From positions 1-61,195 of the IMG/VR virus record IMGVR_UViG_3300029448_000030: DNA of 61,195 nucleotides. The stretch is one strand, 5' to 3'. Below the pieces are notes generated by a model. That model did no database searches, was not told the origin of the DNA, and saw nothing but the letters and a program-made list of their open reading frames with translations. Shown in pieces: positions 50,420-57,273 of the stretch. Source of the DNA: a virus. Its lineage: Duplodnaviria > Caudoviricetes. The translations under genes were made by a program, and so were the position numbers. How positions within the stretch are numbered: position 1 is the first letter of the stretch; every line of letters starts with the position of its first letter.

Positions 50420-50542
50420 ATGGAATGGTACGATTATATGAATCCTCATGACCAACCAGAGTATGAGTGTGTGGTTTGTGAAAGACCAATACATGAAGAA
50501 GGGGTTTGTAGTAGTGATTGTTGGTACGCTAGCATGCGATAG
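50420..50542 (+). CDS. Small Cys4 zinc-finger-like protein, 40 aa
   Basis: Manual ORF ...ECVVCERPIHEEGVCSSDCW... Confidence 0.65.
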   Translation: MEWYDYMNPHDQPEYECVVCERPIHEEGVCSSDCWYASMR

Positions 50543-50722
50543 TGTTTTTCATAGTTATAGTAAAGCATGTTAGTAGCTAGACGAGTAGGTTAATAGGATA
50601 TGTAAGACTCAGCGGGAGTATTCCTTAGAGCATTATCACGTAACTGAATTGCTAGTGCAACCGGAAGCGCACCGCTAACTACCTACTATGGTATTAAAGT
50701 TATGAGCGACTCGAGGTTGGAT

Positions 50723-50814
50723 AACTAGGTCTGGAATTAGTAAGGACGGGTAAAACCTCAGAAAGACTAAGACTATCGACGGATAAAGAGGTTCAATCCC
50801 TCTTCTAGTTACTA
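50723..50814 (+). ncRNA. tRNA-like element 2 (no canonical anticodon arm)
   Basis: AACTAGG...TCTAGTT acceptor stem, AGAGG-TTCAATC-CCTCT T-arm, A-CTA end, D-arm-like CTGGAATTAGTAAGGACGG. Confidence 0.55.
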
Positions 50815-50832
50815 AATTTTAAATAGATAAAT

Positions 50833-50964
50833 ATGGAATTTTTAGAAAAAAATAGATTTAGAGGTATTACTTTCTTAGGTAACGGTAAAGTCCACAACGG
50901 TTACATTGATAAAGAACAACCTTATGATGAATATTTAAAGTGGGCAGCAAAAAATATATACTAA
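50833..50964 (+). CDS. Small hypothetical protein, 43 aa
   Basis: Manual ORF MEFLEKNRFRG...; TAATG overlap with the next gene. Confidence 0.6.
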   Translation: MEFLEKNRFRGITFLGNGKVHNGYIDKEQPYDEYLKWAAKNIY

Positions 50965-51311
50965 TGGGTAAATTAAAAAACACAAGTGGTAATGGTACTT
51001 GGTTTCATGATGTAACTTTTGTAGCTACTCCTAATGAAATGAAAGCTATAGCAGAAAATAATAACTGTGAATACTGGGATAACTATGGTGCTATAAATGA
51101 TAAGTCACAATTTGATTTTAACTTTGAAACTGAAGAAGAAGTAGTGTTTACAGTTTATGACTGGAAAGAATATAGACACTATGAATTAGATGAGATGTTA
51201 TTCTGGCATATTGGTGGTTATACTAAAGCTGATACAGAAACAGGTTTAAAAGAATTAGAAGAAAATTTAAAAGATGTAAGAAGAGATCAAGCATATACTA
51301 CACGGACTTAA
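50964..51311 (+). CDS. Phage hypothetical protein with TVYDWK...WHIGG motif
   Basis: ATG 50964 coupled to the upstream stop. Confidence 0.7.
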   Translation: MGKLKNTSGNGTWFHDVTFVATPNEMKAIAENNNCEYWDNYGAINDKSQFDFNFETEEEVVFTVYDWKEYRHYELDEMLFWHIGGYTKADTETGLKELEENLKDVRRDQAYTTRT

Positions 51312-51332
51312 ACAAATAAACTATAGATAATA
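51301..51332 (+). promoter_or_regulatory. Class I promoter-like motif
   Basis: CACGGACTT-N16-GATAATA. Confidence 0.8.
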
Positions 51333-51347
51333 TATTAAATAATAAAT

Positions 51348-51608
51348 ATGGATTCAAAGAAAAAATACGAGGAGATGGTAGAAGATGGAGAAATAATATC
51401 TAACACTGCTAGAGAATTATATCAGCTATCTAAATTACCTCCACCAATGCCAAGACCTAAAGGTGTTATGATGGTACCAGATGAGGCTATGGCTAGAGAA
51501 TTATGGGAACAATACTTTAAAGCTAATAGTCCAGGTATATATGGATGGGAAGATTTTGAAATAGCTTACTCATTCATAATATGGTGCTATGCAAAAAGAA
51601 TAAAATGA
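51348..51608 (+). CDS. Hypothetical protein
   Basis: 86-aa ORF. Confidence 0.65.
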   Translation: MDSKKKYEEMVEDGEIISNTARELYQLSKLPPPMPRPKGVMMVPDEAMARELWEQYFKANSPGIYGWEDFEIAYSFIIWCYAKRIK

Positions 51609-51823
51609 AAAATATAATAAGTAATATGAGAAAATTTAATAGATATAAAGAAAACTTGAGACGAGTAGGCAACGATATATGGTCTTACTCTACTCATGTA
51701 GCAACAGTAGAATATCCTGGTAAACTAATACAACATGGTTGGTGGAGTGTAACAACACAGAAACATATTAACTATGTAGCAAGGGAATTAGGTTTAACTA
51801 TTGAAAAAGATTATACAGATTAA
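51605..51823 (+). CDS. Phage hypothetical protein with SY.THVA...S.TT.KH motif
   Basis: ATGA coupling supports a start at 51605. Confidence 0.65.
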   Translation: MKNIISNMRKFNRYKENLRRVGNDIWSYSTHVATVEYPGKLIQHGWWSVTTQKHINYVARELGLTIEKDYTD

Positions 51824-51827
51824 TCTT

Positions 51828-51935
51828 AGACATGATATGGTATTAAAGAGATAACACTAATGTGTAGCTGGAACATAAGAAACACGCTAACGAATAAGAA
51901 CTCTTACGAAGGTTCAACTCCTTCCATGTCTACTA
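51828..51935 (+). ncRNA. tRNA-like element 3, resembling the tmRNA tRNA-like domain
   Basis: AGACATG/CATGTCT acceptor stem, ATATGGTATTA loop, AAGAG/CTCTT stem, GAAGG-TTCAACT-CCTTC T-arm, A-CTA. Confidence 0.7.
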
Positions 51936-51952
51936 ACTTTAAATTTAAAACA

Positions 51953-52414
51953 ATGGCAGAATTATTAACTGATGAAATCATCAAAGAAAAATTAGAACAA
52001 GATGGCTTTATGGAAGAGCCTGATGGACCGTGGCTACTTGAGTATATTCAAGAAGAACATGGCGGTAAACTAGATAACACAAGCGACTTTGTAGATGACA
52101 AATGGACTTTAAAAATATACAGTGAATCAACTTATGATTCTTATGATATATTTTGGTGTACTCATGATGAAAGACCTTATGTATCACAAGATGGTTTTTA
52201 CTATGAAGATTATAATGAATGGTCAGAAAGAGCATTAAATGAACTATCTAGCGGCTCTGATGTATGGATAGATCCTAACTTGTGGTCAGATATGGAATAT
52301 GAATTTAATTATGCACTGGAAGAATGGTGGCAAGATGTATATGAAGAATTATTTCAAGAGAAAAAAGATGAACTATTAGATTCAGGAGATTATGAAGAGA
52401 ATGATAAAGAATAA
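51953..52414 (+). CDS. Highly acidic protein, DNA-mimic candidate
   Basis: Start at ATG 51953; about 46 D/E versus 10 K/R in 153 aa by manual count. Confidence 0.7.
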   Translation: MAELLTDEIIKEKLEQDGFMEEPDGPWLLEYIQEEHGGKLDNTSDFVDDKWTLKIYSESTYDSYDIFWCTHDERPYVSQDGFYYEDYNEWSERALNELSSGSDVWIDPNLWSDMEYEFNYALEEWWQDVYEELFQEKKDELLDSGDYEENDKE

Positions 52415-52476
52415 TATAGAAGGAATATGTGTTATAGTATTTGTTGTAGCTTATACTATAATAGTAAATAAATTAT

Positions 52477-53001
52477 ATGAATAATAGATTAGGAGAAATA
52501 TTTAAAAATAACTACGGAGATGTCTTTGCTGTTATATATAATAAAACAAAGAATAAACATTTGGCACACGAAATAGTTCAAAGAACTTTCTTTAAATTAT
52601 TAAATAGTAAATCTAAACCTAAAGATACTAAGCTACTGTCATATGTGATAGTAGCTGCAGGTACTACATTGTTAGACCATTATAGATCGCTTAAAACTAG
52701 AAGAAAAAATCTAGATGAAAATAGATATGACGAAAATATTTTAGACATGTTGGATAATAACCTATCAATTGAAGACGTTATAATACTGAATGATAATAAT
52801 AAATTAATTAAGAAATTAATTGATTCTTTATTACAAGAACAAAAAGATATTATAATATATAGGTATTATAAACATATGACGTTTAAGCAGATAGCTAAGA
52901 AAACAAATGTAAGTATTAATACAGCTTTAGGTAGACATAGATATGCTATTAATAATTTAAAGAAATTAGCACACGGACTTGATATAAATAACTTTAGATA
53001 A
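52477..53001 (+). CDS. ECF-type sigma factor
   Basis: Region 2 LAHEIVQRTFFKL...LLDHYR; region 4 L..EQKDII..RYY..MTFKQIA..TNVSINTALGRHRYAINNLKK. Confidence 0.85.
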   Translation: MNNRLGEIFKNNYGDVFAVIYNKTKNKHLAHEIVQRTFFKLLNSKSKPKDTKLLSYVIVAAGTTLLDHYRSLKTRRKNLDENRYDENILDMLDNNLSIEDVIILNDNNKLIKKLIDSLLQEQKDIIIYRYYKHMTFKQIAKKTNVSINTALGRHRYAINNLKKLAHGLDINNFR

Positions 53002-53003
53002 TA
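52972..53003 (+). promoter_or_regulatory. Class I promoter-like motif
   Basis: CACGGACTT-N16-GATAATA in the 3' end of the ECF gene, 5 nt before ATG 53009. Confidence 0.8.
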
Positions 53004-53008
53004 AATAC

Positions 53009-53506
53009 ATGAATATATTTTATTTACATTCCGACCCAGTTAAAGCTGCACAAGTACAATACAATAAACATGTAGTAAAAATGATACTTGAATCAGCTCA
53101 AATGCTTTGTACAGCTCACCATCATTATGGTGCTGGAGATAATGTTCCTTATAAAAAAGCACATTACAATCACCCATCAACAATATGGTGTAGAGAAAAT
53201 AATAAACAATATAGATGGTTATTTAATCACATGTTAGCTTTAGGTTCAGAGTATACTAAAAGGTATGGTAGAAAGCATGTGTCAATAGATAAATGTTTTG
53301 GTCCACTATCTTTCTTACCACCTAATATACCCACAGATAAAGAATTTAAAGAACCTCCGCAGTGTATGCCTGATAAATATAAAGTTCCTGGTTGTAGTAT
53401 TACAGCGTATTGGAATTATTATGAAGGTGAAAAATATTTAATAGCATCATCAACAGAACAATTAATAACTAGACACAAACTATATGGCACAGAGAAAATT
53501 ATATAA
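53009..53506 (+). CDS. Pyrimidine-dimer DNA glycosylase/endonuclease V family protein
   Basis: MNIFYL...KHVVKMILESAQML...HYNHPSTIW...EYTKRYG.KH. Confidence 0.75.
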   Translation: MNIFYLHSDPVKAAQVQYNKHVVKMILESAQMLCTAHHHYGAGDNVPYKKAHYNHPSTIWCRENNKQYRWLFNHMLALGSEYTKRYGRKHVSIDKCFGPLSFLPPNIPTDKEFKEPPQCMPDKYKVPGCSITAYWNYYEGEKYLIASSTEQLITRHKLYGTEKII

Positions 53507-53571
53507 TCATTTTATTTATACTGATGTATTTGGTATTAGAACTAAAATAAAACAATTTAAAAAGAAAAGCA

Positions 53572-53850
53572 ATGACAGAAAAAGAACTAAATAGATTAGC
53601 TGATTTAATAGTAGAAAAATTAGTAGGAGCTCAACAACAAAATGATGCTGAATTTAAACAAGAGTTAGCTGAGATGCAAGCTCTTAATCCTAATTTAGAA
53701 ATAGGTACTATTACACAAGAAGAATTAATTAAACAAGAGATACAAGGATTAGAAGAGTTAATGGCAAATCAAATCGCTGATGAATTATATAAAGAAGCTC
53801 AACAAACTCATGATAAAGTTGAAGAACTTAAAAAGAAATATAAATTGTAG
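53572..53850 (+). CDS. Hypothetical helical protein (UVR-like C-terminus)
   Basis: 92 aa; LEELM..I..E.Y.EA pattern. Confidence 0.55.
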   Translation: MTEKELNRLADLIVEKLVGAQQQNDAEFKQELAEMQALNPNLEIGTITQEELIKQEIQGLEELMANQIADELYKEAQQTHDKVEELKKKYKL

Positions 53851-53885
53851 TATGCATGGCAATGTGTATAGCATAATGAAGCATT

Positions 53886-54497
53886 ATGAATAATCGCAAT
53901 ATAGATTGGTTGGTTAAACATCGAATTGTATTTAAACGAGATCCTATAACAGATATACCTACAATTGAAACCCATCAATACAAGTATTATGAGAATGGGA
54001 CATATGAGTGTTATCATCTATTTAATAGTAAGGCTAAAATTACTACATATAAATCGTTAAAGTGGCACTTCTTTGTATTATATTATCTTAATATGGATAA
54101 TATAATAAACTCTGACTTTGTTACTTTATCTAGATTTATAGCTAATAAAGATAATGGATTTGTTACGTTTTTTATTAAAAACAAACTATTAGAAGATATT
54201 ATTAGAGATGTATTACAACAAGGTGGAGAGCCTCCAAAAAATAAACTAAGGAAGATAATATTTAAGATGTCTACAGGGTTATCTACTAGGGAAAAGTTAT
54301 CAATTGTAGGTAAATTAATTGGTAGAAGCAAAGTATCTCAAGAAGATATTTATAACACTATGATATGTATGTCTGATTCAGAAAAGATAACAATAAGTAA
54401 ACTAGCTAAGACATTAAAATGTTCTACTAGAACTATACATAGACGCATGAGTAATGATTTAAAATTAGAAAAAGAAAGATTAAATGAAGAAATATAA
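53886..54497 (+). CDS. HTH DNA-binding protein
   Basis: C-terminal ITISKLAKTLKCSTRTIHRRM; coupled to the sigma gene. Confidence 0.6.
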   Translation: MNNRNIDWLVKHRIVFKRDPITDIPTIETHQYKYYENGTYECYHLFNSKAKITTYKSLKWHFFVLYYLNMDNIINSDFVTLSRFIANKDNGFVTFFIKNKLLEDIIRDVLQQGGEPPKNKLRKIIFKMSTGLSTREKLSIVGKLIGRSKVSQEDIYNTMICMSDSEKITISKLAKTLKCSTRTIHRRMSNDLKLEKERLNEEI

Positions 54498-55233
54498 TAT
54501 TTCTAATTACGTTAGGTATAAAGAAGATCTAAAAAGATCTATGCCTAAAGATAAGTTCTATGATTATTATACACGAGATGAACTTATTATAAAGTTTTTA
54601 CCTTTAGTTGAGGCAATGGCTAGAAAATTCTCTACAGATAGTAGAGCGTGTGGAGTATTAACAATAATGGATTTAATACAAGAAGGAAGTATTGGATTAG
54701 TTAAAGCTGTTGATAAACTTGATTGGTTGTTATTAAGTGATTCAGAAGATATAGAAAAAACATTAAAATCTTTTTTCTCTAAAAGAATAAAAGGAGCAAT
54801 AAGAAGAAGAATAGATATGTTAAGAGGTACAATGCGTATTCCTGAACATAAGATGAATGAAATGCGTAGTAACCCTAAAGATAAAAAAATGGTAGCTATG
54901 TTTTTTAATAGTATATTTTTATCAATAGATAACAATAGCAATGTAGATGAGAATATGATGTATGAAATTCCAGATAAATCTGAACCATATAATATACAGT
55001 TAATGAATGTGTATTTAAAAAGTTTAATGGTAAAACATTTAAATGAAAATGAATATGAAGTATTAAGATTAAGTTATGGTTTAGACTGTGATAAATACTC
55101 AGCTAAAGAAATAGCTGAAGAATTAAAAATAGTAGGACCGAGTGCTTATGTTAGAGTTTCAGAGCTAAAAAAGCAAGCGGTACAAAAACTTATAGATAAT
55201 GTAGATCACTCGCAAGTGCTTGATTATCTGTAG
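54484..55233 (+). CDS. Sigma-70 family sigma factor (regions 2-4)
   Basis: LPLVEAMARKF...MDLIQEGSIGLVKAVDK...RIPEH; LNENEYEVLRLSYGL....SAKEIAEEL. Confidence 0.85.
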   Translation: MKKYNISNYVRYKEDLKRSMPKDKFYDYYTRDELIIKFLPLVEAMARKFSTDSRACGVLTIMDLIQEGSIGLVKAVDKLDWLLLSDSEDIEKTLKSFFSKRIKGAIRRRIDMLRGTMRIPEHKMNEMRSNPKDKKMVAMFFNSIFLSIDNNSNVDENMMYEIPDKSEPYNIQLMNVYLKSLMVKHLNENEYEVLRLSYGLDCDKYSAKEIAEELKIVGPSAYVRVSELKKQAVQKLIDNVDHSQVLDYL

Positions 55234-55242
55234 GTTAGGTAT

Positions 55243-55271
55243 GTAAATACCAAATAAAACATGTAATTATA
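55243..55271 (+). promoter_or_regulatory. Class II promoter-like motif heading the recombination/replication genes
   Basis: GTAAA-N15-GTAATTATA. Confidence 0.7.
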
Positions 55272-55296
55272 ATAATAACGCTTAACACAAACACGA

Positions 55297-55806
55297 ATGA
55301 CAATAAACGAAAAATTAGCGACAATTCAAACAAGGTTTAAATCGAAGAAAAGTAGATTTAACTCTTTCGGCAAATATTACTTTCGCTCTGCCGAAGATAT
55401 TCTCGAAGCAATTAAACCCTTTATTAAGGAGCTTGGTGTAACAGTAGTAATAAATGAAGAATTAGTAGATTCTGCAGTTATTAAAACTACAGCCACTGTA
55501 ACTGATGGAAAAGAAACAATTAATGCTACGGCAGTAGTTGGAGTAGATCTAGATCAGAAAGGTATGCAAATGCCTCAACGATTTGGTAGCGCATCTAGTT
55601 ATGGAAAGAAATATGCATTAGGAAATTTATTTCTTATTGACGATACCCAAGATAGTGACGCGACTAACACTCATGATAAAACAAAAATAACAGGTAGACA
55701 GTTAGCTCAAGCTAAAGACTACATTAAATCAGGTGGAAAAATCGATGCTATTAAAAAGAAATACCAACTAACGTCTGATCAAGAGAAGACATTAAATACT
55801 CTATAA
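55297..55806 (+). CDS. ERF-family ssDNA annealing protein
   Basis: NSFGKY..RSAEDIL.AIKP, Q..GSASSYGKKYALGNLFLIDD..DSD. Confidence 0.85.
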   Translation: MTINEKLATIQTRFKSKKSRFNSFGKYYFRSAEDILEAIKPFIKELGVTVVINEELVDSAVIKTTATVTDGKETINATAVVGVDLDQKGMQMPQRFGSASSYGKKYALGNLFLIDDTQDSDATNTHDKTKITGRQLAQAKDYIKSGGKIDAIKKKYQLTSDQEKTLNTL

Positions 55807-55807
55807 T

Positions 55808-56233
55808 ATGAAATATAAAACAAAGACGATAATATATATTGTACTAGTTGCGTTATTTATATGTGACGCAGCAGCTCAGAACTTTGAGGGTTCTTATGAT
55901 GCAAAAAATAGTGCTTATTCTTTATTAATAAAAAAAGATTCATTACAAGGTTATAAATTTATTAGTTATAATTTTGTAAGTAACTTAGATGAAGACGGTT
56001 ATATATACTATGAAAGACAACCCTCCCCAGGAGTTGAAAATTTTGTAAAAGAAGAAAATGGTAGATTAACAAGTAATTATGAAATTAAAAAGCAAGATTA
56101 CTTTGTTACAGTAACTTATGGTTTTTTTGACGAAAATGAAGATTATTTAATTGCAAGCTTTGAAGGTACTTATAAAGGAAAACCTTATTTTAACCAAATA
56201 GAATATTATAAATTAGAAAGAATTGAAAAATAA
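55808..56233 (+). CDS. Secreted/periplasmic hypothetical protein
   Basis: Signal peptide ...IIYIVLVALFICDAAA-QNFEGSY; beta-rich. Confidence 0.65.
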   Translation: MKYKTKTIIYIVLVALFICDAAAQNFEGSYDAKNSAYSLLIKKDSLQGYKFISYNFVSNLDEDGYIYYERQPSPGVENFVKEENGRLTSNYEIKKQDYFVTVTYGFFDENEDYLIASFEGTYKGKPYFNQIEYYKLERIEK

Positions 56234-56954
56234 AGAAATAATAGAAAAACTTAGAGAAGACGAACATTATTATGGAGAGTTTGGTAAACAATACTTAAGT
56301 AATAGTGATATTAAAACTTTATTAACTAACCCATTAGCTTTAGGACAGGAATCTGTACAGAGACCTGCATTCCTAGTCGGCGGATACTTTCATACCGCTA
56401 TACTTGAACCTAATAAGTTGAAGAAGTACCGAATAATACCTTCGTCAACTAGGAATACTAAAGTTTATAGAGAAATGTCAGGTGGTGAGATGTGCTTACT
56501 TCAACACGAAGTAGATTCATTAGAGTTAATGATAGATAAAGTTTTAAAAAATAAAATTTGTAAAGATTTAATTAGAAGTAAGAATGTAGATTATGAGAAA
56601 CCAGGTGTAAAAGAGATATGTGGTAAAATGTGGAAAGGAAAGGCTGATATAATAAATCATGATGAGAAATTAATTATAGATTTAAAAACAACTAATGATA
56701 TTCAAAAATTTTCTAAATCAGCTTGGTTATATAATTATGACTCACAAGCTTATATATATAGTTCATTGTTTGAGTATGAATTTGTATTTATAGTTGTAGA
56801 TAAAAACACGCATCAAATAGGGTTATTCGACTGTTCACCCGAATTTTTAGAGCGTGGTAAAGATAAAGTAGAAAGAGCAGTTGAACAATACAGTCTGTTT
56901 TTTGAAACCAAAGGGTTTGAACCAGATCAGTATTTTATTAATAAAACATTATAA
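56223..56954 (+). CDS. RecE/exonuclease VIII-like PD-(D/E)XK nuclease
   Basis: LSNSDIK, G..FHTAILEP, KGKAD, IIDLKTT, Y.YDSQAYIY; TTG start. Confidence 0.8.
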   Translation: MKNKEIIEKLREDEHYYGEFGKQYLSNSDIKTLLTNPLALGQESVQRPAFLVGGYFHTAILEPNKLKKYRIIPSSTRNTKVYREMSGGEMCLLQHEVDSLELMIDKVLKNKICKDLIRSKNVDYEKPGVKEICGKMWKGKADIINHDEKLIIDLKTTNDIQKFSKSAWLYNYDSQAYIYSSLFEYEFVFIVVDKNTHQIGLFDCSPEFLERGKDKVERAVEQYSLFFETKGFEPDQYFINKTL

Positions 56955-56955
56955 T

Positions 56956-57270
56956 ATGGCATCAATAATTAGAGCTAGTATTAATCTTAACAACGTTGAT
57001 AAAACTAAAATAATCACCGGTAAAAAAGGTAAATACTTACCTATTGTAGTTACTTTAAATGACGAAGTAGACCAGTTTGGAAACAATGGTCCTATTACAA
57101 TAGCACAAAGCAAAGAAGAACGTGAAGCTAAAGAAGCTAAAACTTATTTAGGAAATGTTCAAATAGTGTGGACAAATGGAAATAACGTAGATGTTACTCC
57201 AAGAGATAACACTCAACAACCAGTTAAACCACAAGTTAAGAAAGAAGTAGAAGACGATTTACCATTTTAA
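56956..57270 (+). CDS. Putative ssDNA-binding protein
   Basis: Start at ATG 56956; C-terminal EDDLPF tail. Confidence 0.7.
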   Translation: MASIIRASINLNNVDKTKIITGKKGKYLPIVVTLNDEVDQFGNNGPITIAQSKEEREAKEAKTYLGNVQIVWTNGNNVDVTPRDNTQQPVKPQVKKEVEDDLPF

Positions 57271-57273
57271 TAT

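Noticed and set aside
49296-51935. Canonical tRNA or tmRNA genes
   Set aside because: No pairable anticodon stem-loop; far too short for tmRNA; no G3-U70 pair.
51860-51952. N-terminal extension of the acidic ORF given by the ORF track (likewise starts at 47440, 49336, 50940, 56881, 59192)
   Set aside because: These extensions overlap RNA elements, promoters or upstream genes; downstream ATGs have better context.
46975-53003. CACGGACTT repeats as a CRISPR array or iterons
   Set aside because: The repeats are only 9 nt, irregularly spaced, separated by whole genes and paired with a fixed-distance second box; no cas genes are present.
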